Source of the DNA: Vezdaea acicularis
Lineage: Eukaryota
Assembly (NCBI GenBank): GCA_026025075.1
Contig: JAPEUI010000052.1
Span: 62,001-115,998 of the forward strand
Direction of reading: 5' to 3'
DNA: 53,998 nt
A model generated the notes under the pieces. That model made no database searches. It saw nothing but the letters and a program-made list of their open reading frames with translations, and was not told the origin of the DNA. Positions 24,001 through 38,288 of this stretch are shown in pieces; within the stretch, counting starts at the first letter, position 1, and every line of letters begins with the position of its first letter. Both the position numbers and the translations under genes were made by a program.

Positions 24001-25541
24001 CTTCGTTGCCTGCTCCACCTCGCTATTAACAACCAAAGTTAGCGATAGTAGTACATGGAATGGAAGTTGAAAGCTTCTTACACCAAAGTGATGAGGCTCA
24101 TCCAGGCTTTTACGGACTGCAGTCTCAGGGACCACTTCTCCGTCAGCGCGGGGCTGAGAAGGCTTCACGCCTGGTGCCGCGATATTGCCTGCTCCGCCAA
24201 CCTATAGGCAGATCAGCGACTGGTGGGGTCGGTCTTCGAGATTAAGAGAAACCTACGCCTGTAGAGAAGGCACCGCCGTCAGTCGAGACGCCTTGCACTC
24301 CTTCACGTACAATCTCTCCGTCCGCATACCTGAGAACCTGTCAGAAAGCAAAATTTATGTGGCAAGCTCACAAACGGCGTTTCATGGATGGACGAATGAG
24401 TAGGCAGATAATCTTTTCTAGTCTACTTACGGTTGCGTATCGGGAGTGAGATTGCCAGCACCTAAAGATGGCCTTGCATCAGTTCTGACAAACATGTCAA
24501 CTAGGACAACGCCCGGACTGACCTCCGCGGCCATGGCTAACTGGCTGTGCGCTCATGATCGACCAAATAGAAAATCTTTGATGTGATATACGTCTACAGT
24601 GTCCAATCGAAAGCAGAAAGAGCAATGATGAAGGACTGGGGGCGCGAGGATCGGGTTTTTGTAGCTAGTAGCTCGTGCCCTGATGCCTCATAAAAGCAAA
24701 TCTCGCAATCCTATGACGCAAGAATTTTTGCGAGGCAAGAACGTCGCCATCGTAAACACTGAACCTACCAGGCTGCGCCAAGGAGACGCTACATACTTTA
24801 GATGGTGCTTAAACTTTCGTGTTCTAATGGTCAGAGATAAGAACAATGGCCTCTGACAGATCGTAATAGCTAAGTAGTAGAAAAGTACTGTAATGGATAG
24901 GATGGTGAGTAGAGCCAAGCTACACAGTGACGAGAGGGGCACTTTTTCCCCATGACGAGAGGTGGCCTCCCATATTTGGCCCGGTCTCCTCAGAGCAAAA
25001 AGATTTCCACTGCAGGCACCACAAGCAGCGAGAGATCGTCCTTCACATACAGATAAGATGGTATGACTCCTACGCAGCCATGCGAGCATACTGTATGTTC
25101 TAGTACCTTTGTGACCGCAGGGAATATCTCGGAGCCTCGAGTGCTTCCGCTCCATTGGAAGCAGATGGAAGAGAGGAAGGAACTCGATTACGCCAGCAAA
25201 TGCTACAGAGAATGGAGAAGCATGCCATTTCACAGTATCGCAGGTACTCCTAGTTAGCGTTGTCCCAAGTCCAGATCAATGTGTAGACATCCGGGAAACC
25301 TGCCCATGTAACTCATTTCGCAATATCTCTTTACGATTCTTGTATTCAAGGGACTCTTCCTGCAACCGGAAACCACGCACTGACTACGCTATACAAGATA
25401 TGCTAGGGTATAAAGCTTCTTCCTTAGACACTTACACCGCGTGACAGTATCCGAGTGAGCCACCCAATGCGACCGTTAACCCATGCTCCAATGTCCATCC
25501 AAATGCATCGTGACCGTCATCGTAGGATCATTAGGTGAACA

Positions 25542-28500
25542 CTATGCTTTGAGTCCATCAATGGACCCGTTCCCACCGTGCTTTGATCCCTGCTCGTAAT
25601 TCCTGCGTATGTCATAGGCGGACCCAAAAGTTTTCAGGGCACCAGCCCATTCTCCCAACAAGCGATCAAGCTCTGAATCCACACAGGCTTTAGAGGCTCC
25701 AGCACGAAGTGCCGACGGAGATATCGGTTGAGGAAGAGGAATATGGAAAACGCCGCCAGGGAGAAAGGCACGATAAGACTGCGTCCCGGCTGGGCTGGGT
25801 GGCTCGCTTGAGTCCGCTGCCGCCACATCAAACGTGCCCTCTTCCTCAACTTTCTCCGCAGCTCGAGCTTTTGTCATCTCTTTACGCCTCGGTTTATCGG
25901 CCTCGATCCCGTCACGAATCCTTCCCTCGAGTCCCATCTTGCGGCGCTCCTGCTGAGCCCTCAATATTTCTGGCTCCTTAGCGAGTCCTTGATGAGCCTG
26001 ATACCCCGTGAAGAATGACATACTCCGGGGGATTGAAGTAGCCGGGAAGCCCTCGTCTTCAATATTCGGAACTGAGCCCCAGGGCTGAGGCCATAGGTCT
26101 TGATTGGGCGAATTCCAGTTGGCATACTTCTCATACGTTGGACCCGGCTTCCACCCCGGCATACGAGATTCTCCCCTATTTACAAAGAGTCCATCCTCGT
26201 CATTATCGGATTCAGAAGTTGATCCGTCGAAGTCGAAGTCCTCTCCAACTTCGTCAAGAAAGCGCTGGCGACGTTCAGATATAATCCTCTTGTTAGGTTG
26301 ATCGTCTTGAGCGGTTATCGGTTCGCGACTATAAGCTTCACTAGTTGAACTCTTGTACACATCAAGGTCCGGAGGTACTGAGCGAGACTGTCGATGAGAA
26401 GATGCATGCGAGTTTGGCCGCACTGTTGATGGATCAAACATAGCTGAGCGAGCGGTGACTGGTTCAGGGCCAACGAGCGACCCATTGTAACGCTCAAGGG
26501 AAAATGGATCGCCTTGAACGGAAGACGCCATAGAGTCGCCACCGTCATAGGAGGAAGCAGCTGTGGATGGTCGAGGTTCCATCATTTCCCCAAGATCAAT
26601 CATAGACCCAGGTGGAGAGACAGGAGCCGACATAGTTTCTGGCGGGTACTGATTTACAGGAAAACCGGGAGCCGGCGCAGGACTAGAAGCAAATTGGCTG
26701 CCAGAGAAAACCATGCCTGCAGGCTCGGTCGTCATATGTGGCAGGCCCGGGCGTGCTGCAGATCCGCTCGAAATCTGATCAGTATCGGAAGCACGCGCCG
26801 TGCCGGCAGCCTCATCGTCGGAAGACTGCTCAGTAGAGGCCATTGTGGGAAATTTCCAATCTTGGGTCCTTGGGCGATTAGACCAATCTTTCGTTGACCG
26901 CTTGAATGTTGCTCCTTCGTTGTTGTCGTCAAACTGAAAATAATCATCATCATCTTGGTAAAACCTGGATTTATTGTTGCCCTTAATAGTGTTGAGGTCA
27001 AGGTCAGGAATAATAACCATACCCGTCTCTGAATCGTATTCACCCAAGTCTATCGTCGTGTCTCGAATTGATGAAGGCTGAGTAGTGGCGTTTCGAAGAG
27101 GAAGGTCGGAAGAGGGTTCCATGAAATGATAACCACGAGAATCGGCTAAGTAGTTTGAGCTATCGTTTTTATCAAAAATACGCTCTAGAGGATGTGCTAG
27201 CTGCCGTGGATGAGGCTTTCGGGCCTTGGTAGTTGGGATGCTGTCTTTATTTGAGGTCGGGGAAGAGATTTCGTCAAGGTTAGAATTCAATTCCATTCCG
27301 AAGGACGTCGTTGCACCACTAATCAGCTGCTCATCAAATGAATCCGAAGTAGAGAATATCCAATCATCATCTTCCAGTTGTTTGGCTGGTAGTTCTGCCG
27401 CAGGCGCTCCTCCTGCCATGAAGAGGGACTGCCTCTGCCCGCCTTGGTATTCCCATAAGAAGTATTCTTGAACGAGTTTCTTCAGAATAGCCGTCGGATG
27501 GGTCTTTCGAGTGCCAGCGAGGTAATTATGATGTTGCACAGAGTCGATATCAGGGCGATCTTGCGGTCGCTCTTCGAGGCAGAGTGATATGATACTACGG
27601 AGGCCTTGGCTGTATTGGCCTCCTTCAAGCCGTGGGACTGATTTTTGCAGTTGAGCGCCGAGATCTTCCGGATGGACCTTGAAATTTGGCGGGTGCCCAC
27701 AAGCAAGCTCATAGAGAGTGCAACCGTAAGCCCAGATATCGACCTGCACGTTTTCCCTTGCGTTAGCCGTGAATGCAAGCAGATTACCAAAGCCGATGCG
27801 GAGAGAAATAGCGCTCATTTACCTCTCTACCATAGCTGACATTTATTGGAACGCTCTCGTCCAACCCGATTGCAAGTTCTGGCGGCATCCACCAGGGTGT
27901 GCCCAAAACAGTTGTTCTTTTGTCTACTTTGTTCTCTAGCATAGCTGAAACGCCAAAGTCACATAGTTGAACTTCGCCCTTTTCTGAAATTAAAACGTTG
28001 GCAGCTGAGCATGACATTAGCTGATTTAGTCCGTTTGGCTCGCTCGCCGAGTACTGACCTTTGATATCGCGGTGCAATAAACCTGCGTCATGAACAAACC
28101 AGATAGCTTCTGCCAACTCACGAGCTATTGGTATAATATAATTCTCCCTCAAGCCTGGTGGATTGGATGCTTTCATCTAGAAATATTTAGCATTAGGCTC
28201 ATTAGGCTCGAACGTTGTCAAAGAGCAGGGCACAAAAGGTTTCACGCATATGTTTGTGCTGTAGAGAGATTCCTTATTTTTGTTGCTTTTGCAAGGTGAT
28301 TGCATTTGAAAATGTAGGACCTACAAGAGTGGAAACGCTCCCGCCTGTGCAATACTCGGAAACTATCCAAACGCCGGTATCAAACGAGAATGCATCAAAT
28401 ATGACGTTAACGTTCTTCGCTCTCTTCTCCTTCAATAGCCTCAGTGCAGCTGTTTCTCGCATGAAATCTGTAACTGTATCGTTTGCTTGTCGAGCGTCTG

Positions 28501-28845
28501 AATCGGCTTTATCTACATCAACTACCTTGATGGCAACCACACGACTCGAGTCTTTTTGCTTTCTCAGTCTAAGCTAATTGTTAGCAAAATATATGGAGTA
28601 GATTTTACAGGCCTAAAGTAAGAGTATGAGGCAGTATGAGCATAAAATTACCCTTTGAAAACCCGCCCATAGCTGCCTTTGCCAATGAGCTCCAAAAGCT
28701 CGTACGGCGGTTTATCGATGCCAAGTCTTTCAGCCTTCTCATTTACGACCGCTTGCATATCCATGGCAGCCTTAATGACTTTGGTCTTCGTCCGCTCTTC
28801 AAGCTTTCCGCTATGTGCCGTGCGAGGATGAAGTGACAGAGCCAT
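25542..28845 (-). CDS. Ste20/GCK-family kinase, Kic1/Nak1/Pod6-like
   Basis: Exons 28845-28652, 28568-28325, 28176-28059, 28004-27823, 27743-25542. Motifs LIGKGSYGRVFKG, VAIKVVD, HRDIKAANVL, CDFGVS, GTPWWMPPE and VDIWAYGCT, with a C-terminal RPRTQDWKFP and a long disordered tail. Confidence 0.88.
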
Positions 28846-29448
28846 AGTCGGTTGCCGCGACGACCGCGTTCACGTAAACGTTTTGAAATGTGTTGGAACA
28901 CACAAGTGGACATCACTCCTAAGCAGCCATTGGAGGTGAATTGACCGGATTTGAACTTTATTAGGCCAAAATCTTGACTATTAGTAGGAGGTCCATGATT
29001 CTAGAGACTTTGCAGAGGTAACTACAGCATCTATAACGTCCCCTTTCAACCCCTGTCAAGCCATTCGCTTCTCTCCGCCAATTGCGGGGCCGGATTCTGC
29101 TATCTTAGCCCTGCAAGCCGCTACCTGCAACGTCGTAGGATGCCCCTTCAATTGCTCTAAACCGCGACTTTGACTTTCATGAAGCCTGTCGCTCAGCGCA
29201 AGGGGGTTGAGTCGTCGCGGCTAGCTTGCTCGGAATGGAGTCTTTCTGGCAACTAAGTTTTATATTGACGTCCTCTCACTAAGTTATACCGCACTTTGAT
29301 GCACCAGAATGTTGCGGCTGCACTGCCCATGCGCTTTCTCCCTGAACAGTTTTCATCGTGGTGAAAAGGTTGCGAAACCTAAAGACTGAGCCAAACTTGA
29401 CGCCCCCGATTCCACTTATTGCCAAATATTTGATCGGCTGCGATGAGC

Positions 29449-31529
29449 TCAGGCATCAAAATGTTCATTTCCCTCCGACTCTGTTTCTGTACCCTCTTCT
29501 ACCTCCACATCCACTAAGCCCTTCTCCTCACTATCACTATTATCTCCTTCTAGCGGATCTAATCCAGGAATATCGCGCCATTCGACATAGTCTCCTTTGA
29601 CCCATCTCTTACTCCTCGGCAGTTGATATGGGTCGAACGGAAAGTACGGCTCCAATTGTAGCCAAGACTCGTCCTTCCTTGCCGAGAGAGCTGTTTCACG
29701 AATTGGATGGTTCAAAGCATTAGCAGAGGCGTGAATACTGATGAGTGATGACCAGCGTAGGCGTTTATTAGTTTCGATCTTTGAGTAGACGTACATGAAT
29801 CCGAGGTGCCGTGCGATACGTGCAAATTCGTTGACGATGCTTGGAGAACATATTTTCAATGGATTGAACTTCGAGTGAAGCAGGTGTTTCGTGAGTGTGT
29901 CTTTGATGCCTGGCGTCCAAGTGATTTCCAGTCCATCGAAAAAACCTTGATCTTCTTCGTCTGCCAAGAAGATTTGTGGACTAGACACAAGATCTTTCCA
30001 ACGGAAGCAGAAAATGTACATCAGCGCCTGTACCAAAGAGTAATAAACGCCGTACTTTTTTAAGTTTGGCCCTCTACAAGTCATCTCTTCGGCCCTGCTT
30101 ATCACTCCTAGTTGGTATTCAATCACCTTGACCACATCGCGAACAACATTCGCTGGTACATTGGCCCCACGAGCTACAAAGCTAGAAAGATACGCCACAG
30201 CTGACTGTCTAAGAACAGCAGTCTTTCTAGTGTCTTGCGCAATTTTCATGCAAGCAGTGTTGAAATCTTCGATAAAAAAAAGCGAAGTCTGCGCGAAGTG
30301 AAAGAGCAGAAACTGGGCATGACGTGATTTGTAAGTTGGTAGAATGATACTGTCAAATTGAGAAAGAAGGAGCCTAAAGGCTTTTTGGCTTTCCATATTG
30401 GTCGGTGATGAGAATGCTGGCGCATAGTAACCGAACAACATATCGAGTATTGCATCCATCTTCTCGACATTCGACTTTAATTCTTTGGCACGCTTCATTC
30501 CTTCGTCGGCGTCCGAGCTTTCTTCACTAAATAAGGACTCCAGATCACTTTCATAATCTTCTTCGTCGTCTGTCTTTGCAGCACCATTGATCAGGGATTC
30601 GCCCGTCTCTTCTTCTACATCCTCCAAATCTGCCTGCACCTGAGCGTCAATCTTGACGAGCTTGTCGGTTATCAGCGCAAGTATGTCATTCTTGAGCTCT
30701 GGGGAGTATGCAATTATCCTTAAGAGATTCTGGACGTAATCAAGATGTCTCCTCTTGCTGTCGGATGTAGGAGGGAAAGTATCTTGGAGAACTGAAACTA
30801 ACACAGTGCTAGCGTAAGGTATGAGTTGCAAGAGATACCTCAGTGCCTTGTGTATACGACCAAATATCATCGCGCGATGCATCGTCGGGCTACTAGGCAT
30901 GCGCCCTATCGCACCCAAGCCTATAGCTAGTTAGCGTGACCTCGTACTGTGACAGGAGTTTTCTCACACCCAGAAAGCCTCTCCACTAGTCCTCTCAGCA
31001 CAAGCGGAACCCATATTCCTTGACTTGATACTAGGTTTCCTAAAAACTTGATATAAAGTGTCACAAGAGCCTCGTCCCTTCCAATCCAGCTAAATTCGAG
31101 AATTGCGTTCACCAAGTCCCTTGACTTCCTGTCTAGCTGGCTCACACGACCCATGAGCACCATCAAGTAGTTTTTAAGAGTGTTCTCTGATGGAGCATCC
31201 TCAGCATCTACAGCCGTCTTGAAAATCCGCACGATTCTATCATAAACATCATCATCGCCCAATTTATGTTTCTCAAGCCCCTGCCGAACTTCCTCCCGGA
31301 TGAGCTCTACACTCTTTTCCCAGTTTGATTCCATAATATATACCTGCGGGGTGTCGTTGAAAGCCACTCGTGGTCGCTTGGGCGGGCTTGCAGGTCTGGG
31401 AGGTAATTCCATGTCCATATCAGCTTCTTCTCTAGAGCGCACACTGCCTGCACGCAACAGCGGTTTGGGGCGTGGTTTAGGAGACATTGATGGCATGTGC
31501 GCCGACGAGCGTATCGTGGTTGAATTCAT
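29449..31529 (-). CDS. RRN3: RNA polymerase I initiation factor Rrn3
   Basis: Exons 31529-30968 and 30920-29449. Motifs LITDKLVKIDAQVQ, ILPTYKSRHAQFLLF, YSLVQALMYIFCFRWKDL, NPLKICSPSIVNEFA and YFPFDPYQLPRS. Confidence 0.95.
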
Positions 31530-31899
31530 GAGAAGTGTTGACTCTCTCTCAGAAGTGCAAGTTCAGAGAGTGGAAGTGGAGTAGAATTCTGCAGGCCTCT
31601 GTGCGCTTAACAAAAGTTCCCATTCGAAATCATGTTCGATTCGGGAATTTTTCGCGCTACCCTGGACTAAAGAGGCTCGTTGGTCGGTTGTACACGGGTG
31701 TGACCTATAGCTAGAGGTCATAAGTGTTGTACTCGAGTAGCACATATATCCACAGCCATGATCATTCAGTGCGATTAGATGGGCTAGATAGCTAAGAAAA
31801 ATCCTCGAAGCTCATAAATATTCTATATACCATCAGTGTATAGCCCTTACCGTCTCACAGCAGTTTTCAACCTTGATGAAGATCTTCATCAAAAGTTCT

Positions 31900-32350
31900 C
31901 GTGAAAAACCATCACAAACACCCACAAAACAACTAAATATGTTTATTTTATATACTTTTTAAATATTATATAATATTTAAAAATTAGAATTTTGATACTG
32001 ATTTATATAAATTTTTCCTCTGTATGGTTCAAAATTTCTGAAATATTCTTTCTCTAGATCTTCAAAAAGAAAAAATCTGATGTGAAGCAATGTATGGGTG
32101 GAGTTTTAAATTCAAACACCTTTTCTATCCTATTTATTAAAAGATTAAAGAAGTATCTAGTACACAATATTTAGGTGCAAACAATGTTGTCAAAACTGTT
32201 TATATTCCAGCTGCCCCTTTTCTTACTAGATACTTGTTCGAACCCAACAACAGCTCAGATCAAAAAAGTTGTGGTGTGCGGGAGGTGTACAATTTCATTG
32301 TGTGTTATAAGTCTTTGTTCAAATTTGAAATAAGTAAAAAAATTGCCCCC
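31900..32350. repeat. AT-rich island, probable decayed repeat/transposon remnant
   Basis: Abrupt drop in GC relative to the flanks (e.g. tatactttttaaatattatataatatttaaaaattag), no coherent ORF, and internal inverted repeats. Confidence 0.45.
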
Positions 32351-33545
32351 TATCCAAGGGATTCTATTGGCGTTGATACCTAGTACACTATCCTTCTGCT
32401 TCAGCTGTACCGTTAATCGGAAGAAGACGGGCACTGTATGTGGTATTCTGGAAGGAGAAGACCCAATGGTTCTTAAGACTTATGATACCAACTGTACTAA
32501 CTGAACATTCCCTGGAAGAGTGCGTGCGGCCTGCTTTTTGAATCCAAATTGCCACATTTGCTCTATGGACGAGAGATATAAGTTGCGACGTAGTTTCTCT
32601 CAAAAAATGTGACCAAAGAGTATGTGAAACTCCTGAAACCCTTTCTTTGATAACACCCTTTCTGTCTTTAGAGCTATAGAGCGTGTGAGAATCTGGATAA
32701 CTAGAATCTAATTTTCCCATGAGTTGATCTACAGTGTTAGCTTCGAGGAAAATACGAAAAACCTTCCTACAACAGCCATCGTATATTCCGCAACCTAGCT
32801 TCACCATTCGATTGCTCTTGTAGCTGTGAAAAACCTAAGATGGCAATCCAGACACTGATGGTATCCAAAGAATTTGCATGCCCCGTTCCAGTCCCTTGCG
32901 GTGGTCCACTAACCCCTATTTCCTTCTGGAACCTTTCTTTAGGCTCCCAAGCTCTTCTCCTCAGCAGCTCGCTTGCTAACTCACCTAGCTCGTGCTTGTG
33001 CACAGGGCCAAACAGGACTAGACCATCATCATTCTCCAAGCCAACGAAGCGACCAAAGCGCCGCCTCTTGGTCTTCGAGCCTTCTATTTTTGATCGAAGG
33101 ATGATACGGGAATAACGGCTTGAGAAAGGATTAGTTATGCGTTGAGCATAATGGCGAGCCAGCTCCTCTGGTTCATCCGGCACTAGTATTTTGGTCGTTG
33201 GGAATAATCCAGTTTTTCTTAAAAAAGTCTTCGAGCCGAAACAAAGATTGCAAGTAGATCTTCAGGTGTGCTATCGTTTCCCCGAACCCACTTAGGGCGA
33301 AAGGCGACTCATCATGCGTACAAAAAGAGAGGTGCTGGTCTCGGCGACAGCTCCATTCTATTCCCCTGCACCGAAGTCTTGGATATGGCGTTTCAAAGTG
33401 AAGGGAGAAGGGGCAAGATGTTGAGAGTCATTACAACCGATCCCTCTTGTTCGAGAGCGCCAACAAACCGTGTCAATTTGAGAAGTGCTACCTCGAGCAT
33501 GCCTTGTCCCAGAGAGGAAGCCATTTGCGCCAAAAAAATATTAGG

Positions 33546-34889
33546 TTATTCCTCCGACCCATCATCAGGTAGCTCTTCAATCACCTGTTCTACGATTGTG
33601 ATTAGGTCGTCAACATCGGGCCTGTCAGCAGGCTCAACACTCAAACATTTCCTCACAACGTTCCGTACACCATCATTGATGCCGCCTTCTTCCCTGCGTT
33701 TACCCTTCACACCCGTCTCATTCGGGAACCTCCAATCGCCGCCCATGATGCACATATTGAGACTTCCACCAGTCTCTTCACTTCGCGCCTCAAACGGCGA
33801 CTTTCCAACGAGACAGGCGTAGAGAGTGCAGCCGAGAGACCATATGTCAACTTTGGTGTCTATTATCGAGCCAGTTTTGACGTCGAAGAGTTCCGGCGCA
33901 CGGTATGGCAAAGTTGAATGCTCAGCTGCTGTATCTTGTACGGCTAAGGCTAGTGAGCGAGATGTGATCGGTGTTGGAGAAGGTGCCATGGAGCCCAAAT
34001 CCATAAGGATAGGAGTCGTGCCATCATCATCAATCATGATGTTCCCTTGTGAGATCATAGCCTATCAACTTGAGGGATCTTCGAGTAATCAGAGGAGTGT
34101 TACTTACCTGGCTTTATGTCGCGATGAGCAAACGCGCGTAATTCACCAGGTCCAACACCCTCTTGACTCCTTGTGATCTCTCCCTCCATCAAGGGCTCTT
34201 GCTCTATGTCCCCTTCATCCCTATCATGCAATCGAGGTCTCCTACCACGATCTTCACTCTCTTCAGCCGCATCATGGTCTGCTTCCGCCGCTTCGTTCCT
34301 TATACGCCTCGCATTCCTTTCACTAACCTCGCCGCCTGGTCCTGCCTTCATGCAATATTGATGCATCGCCTTCAGGGCTTTACACACGCCAAGGAAGAGC
34401 ACCATTAACCTCTTCTCGGGGAGCTTCGTATGGTTTACAAGATTGGCGTTGATGATATCTTGGAGGTTTCCTCGTCGATAGTAAGGCAATAGGATATACA
34501 CTGTTTTGGCGCCAGGATCTGATTTGTCAGACGCGACGCTGTAGTCTATACTATGGATGATGTTGGGGTGGGGCGAGAAGAGGGTGTATGCTTCGACTTC
34601 CTTCATGGCCAAAGAGACAGATTCTTGTCCGAAAGGGCATCGAATCTTTTTCAGGGCGTACAGCGCATCGCTCGACGTGTCCGAAACAAGATAAACGTAT
34701 GAGAAACCACCCTGCAGAGCTATCAGAAATGACATTGGCTCACGCCGTTTTGGACTGAGAGCTTCTTACTTCTCCGAGTAGGCGTAAAATCTTCAGCCTT
34801 CGACTATTGATCTTAAGCTGCGGCGAGCCTGGAAAGCAGCAGAAGCAATTTGTCAATGAATATATCAGGTCAAGGAAATATTGAGCCAT
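33546..34889 (-). CDS. ENV7: NAK-family kinase Env7/STK16-like
   Basis: Exons 34889-34770, 34711-34108, 34045-33546. N-terminal Cys cluster NCFCCFPGSPQLKIN, then LLGEGGFSYVYLV, ALKKIRCPFG, HRDIKPGNIMI, LMDLGS and YRAPELFDVK. Confidence 0.9.
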
Positions 34890-35540
34890 GGCAGAAGTGC
34901 TGGAAAGGTATGTTTGATATAGCTTCAAGATCGCCGGTCAAAAGCCTGGTCTTGTCGGGAGCTTAGAGCGGGCTCGCAGGGGTTGCTGCACTAGGAACTT
35001 TGTATGGCGCTTCCTAATGATGTCTACCGGAATATCTGATTCGGAGGCTACCGCAGGGGAAAATAGAACAACCAATGACTAAAGATTGGTTATCGTTGTG
35101 CTGTTGAAACTTCAGCATTACAACGCGCGTCCGTCCTTTACAGGTGCTTCGATCTCAGCGTGGCTGTGCCATTGGGTGTCGCGCCTCTACAACGCGCTAC
35201 GCGCTAAATATACACCTCCTTCGCATACAGTCACAGATGACTGATGCATAGGGAATGACGCTTCGAGTCAGCTCAAGCAAAGAGATCTAGTTTCAAATGT
35301 CCATTTTTGTGGCTCCCAACTATCATTACAGCTTACATCATGAGCTATGTTCAAGTACTCATCAAATGGATATAACATAGACCAATACAGCTTTCCTTGC
35401 AGCGTGTCAAACTCTTTAGGATATCATCGCAAGAAGTTGAATAGAGGGGTTGCGCTTCAAGGATGCGCCTAGAACCCAAAGTAATGCATGTGAAGGATCG
35501 GATAAAACTAAAATTCAGTTGCTCAGTCTTGATGAAACGC

Positions 35541-38288
35541 TCAGAACGCATCTTCGAAGGGGCAGTCCACGCTATCGTGCCCATCGCGTTCACATAGCGC
35601 ACACCATTTCTCTGGATCCACAATTCCAGTGCTCTTCCCAGGAATCATTCCCGTATCCGATGGGTTTGGCATCGGATGAGGCAGCGGCTGAACTTTTACA
35701 GCTGGAGACACCACAGGCGATTTCTTTCCAGGGGAGAGCGGTGCAACTTTATCCTCAGCATGCGGAGCAGGAACAGAGAGCCCCTTGAGACCTTCAACTA
35801 CTGCATCTTTCCCAGTTCGCTGGATATGGGGAGATGATTTATTCATATGCGGGCTTTTTTGCTGCTCGTCCGGGACTTGGTTGCCGAACATGTTGGTGCA
35901 TGTGAGGATATCGTGTCCACTTGTTTCGCATATCTCGCACCATAAAATGCTGCCGTCCGCATCAGAGGAGTATGTATCACTGGTCTCCTGCATCGTCTCG
36001 AGAGTGCCCGACCTATGACCTTCAGGCTGTTGACCGTTTTCTCTCCAACTGACGACAGTCCCTTTAGAGTCTCGACCCGACGATCTTTTGCTCTGCGTCA
36101 AAGTCCGTTCTGAAATGCCGTTGCTCCCCAATGTTCCTGCACTTGCTCGCTCTGGTGCTGAGCCACCTTTTCTAAGCCGTTCAATCTCCCGTTCGAGCTC
36201 CTCCTCCCTATAGGACTTGCGCTCTATAAGGCCTTCCAATTCTTTGACATTGCGGGCCAGCTTTTCCTTTGCATTACGTTCCTCTTCTAGTTCTGCACTT
36301 CTTCTCTGAACTGCGCCATTAGATTTAGAGTTTTGTGAGTTGCGCTGGCTTGATCTTCGGCCAGTGACGTCCATGCCAGTGGTAATGAGATCTGGCACGG
36401 CATCTCTGCTCAATGAGTGAATGATAGCCTTTAGTCCCCGAATTTCGTCATCCCGCTGCTCAACTTCTTTAGCTCCTCCTGCGCCAGCGGCGCCATCGAC
36501 AGCCCCAGCAGCACCCTTCAGTGCTGCTGCTGCTTTTTCCCTCTCTCTTCGAAGCTCGGATCGACCTCTCTCAACTTCCCCCCTGAGGAATTCGACTTCC
36601 CCACGAGCTTCGGCTTCGCCTCGCCGGGCATCTTCAAGCCCTTCCTCTAGCTCCTGCACAAGCTCTTCGAGCTGCTTCAGTTGGCGCGCCACACTTTCCA
36701 CGTCCTCCCCTCGGCCTTGAAGTTCTCGGACTTCTTCGAGTAGATCTTCTACACGCTTCTCATAGACTCGTTCGGTTTCGGTACTGGCCATTTCCAAGGT
36801 GTCGATTGTACTCCGGAAGTCCGCTCTATGAGCGTCGAACTCAGCAGTCAACATTGCAATCTTCTCGTTCTTCTCTCTTAGGAGGGCTCGCAGAGAGGAT
36901 GCATCCATATCTTCGTTTCCACTTCCTCTGCTGCCTCTAGCTCCGCCATCCGAATTTGCACCCATCAAGGATTGCAGTTCAGCGAAGCTATTCTCCATCT
37001 CAGCAAGGCTTGAAGCTTGCTCTTTAAGTTGCTTGTCACGTTCCTGTAACTTCTCCTTCAACCGCTCAAACTCTTCATCTGAATGACTTGATCCCCTTTG
37101 CGTCTTGAGATCGAATGCTGCAATTGACCCATCATTTGTGCGGGCCACACCAATGGGAGTAGTGTCATTGTCGACTTCATCTAGGTCTTGATGGTTCTCA
37201 GTGGCCGACGTACTGCGTGGAGGCCCAGGTCCTTTACCACTTGCTTTGGGTGTAAAGGCGAGCTTCTTGCCCGGGTCGCCGCTGTATGTATTACCTGTTG
37301 AATCTCGCTTGCCTCTAAAGCTTGCACCAAATCTCCCTGGAGTAGGGCTTGGTGCGTATCGAGAAACCGCAACCTTTACCCCAGGTGTTTGCCCAGCAAC
37401 TGAAGGCCGAGTCGAGGGATTTACGAGTGAGTTCTGATTTTTGCGTAAAGGTGATTCCGGTCTAGGTAGAGATGGCCTTGCCCTCGGCTTAAAGTGTGGA
37501 CTCGGAGCTCGTCCGGGTCCAACAGACTGGCTGAATTTGGGAAGTGACGGAGTTGGTGGCGTGTACGCATTATGACCAACTGCATCATTTTGACTAACGT
37601 TGAAACCGCGAAGAGAAGGTGTCGTTGGTGTAGGTGGGAAAGAGTCAGATGATATCGTTGGAGATGACCTTTTCGAGGCTCTATTAAGAGGTAAGAAGAT
37701 GCCCGAATTTGGTACAGATGTGGTGAAATATCGGACACTATCCAAATTGAATCAGCCAATTGTCCAAGGGTCCGTTCCAAAGTCCGTTGAATTAACTCAC
37801 CCATCGACATCACCGTCATTCTTGCCCCGCGGAGCCCATTCTCTGCTCAGCTCCACACCGGCGAACGTGCCATTCTTGCCCTCGATTGATCCGACATACT
37901 TGACGATACCGTGCATACCTCCAGGTACGTCGACCGTATCACCTACATCGATCCCCTCTTCACCCCCGTTCATCTTCCTCGTCGCCGGTGTTTTCGGCAT
38001 CATGTTTGCTGGCGACGAGATTTGACCCTGCACTGAACTTAGGCCGTAGCCCGCACTCGCGTCGGGGATTGTTGCCAGCGAGTTTGATGTGAGCTGATTA
38101 AAGCTGGCCTTTCGAGCGATGACCGCGCTCACGCTTAGGCCCTCTTGCGATCCCGACTGCGATGCGGACGCGTTCGGTAATGGAGGATGCTGCTGTAATG
38201 AATAGGCGGCGCCGAGGTTAGGAGACGAAGCTGTCAGGAGCGTTTGTCGTGGGCGCGCCAAAGACCGTCGCGGCGTCTGTGTTGACAT
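35541..38288 (-). CDS. CAP-Gly microtubule plus-end protein, CLIP-170/Bik1/Tip1-like
   Basis: Exons 38288-37801 and 37737-35541. CAP-Gly motif FAGVEL...GKNDGDVDGVRYF, a long coiled coil, two zinc knuckles (WCEICETSGHDILTC, WCALCERDGHDSVDC) and a C-terminal EDAF. Confidence 0.92.
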
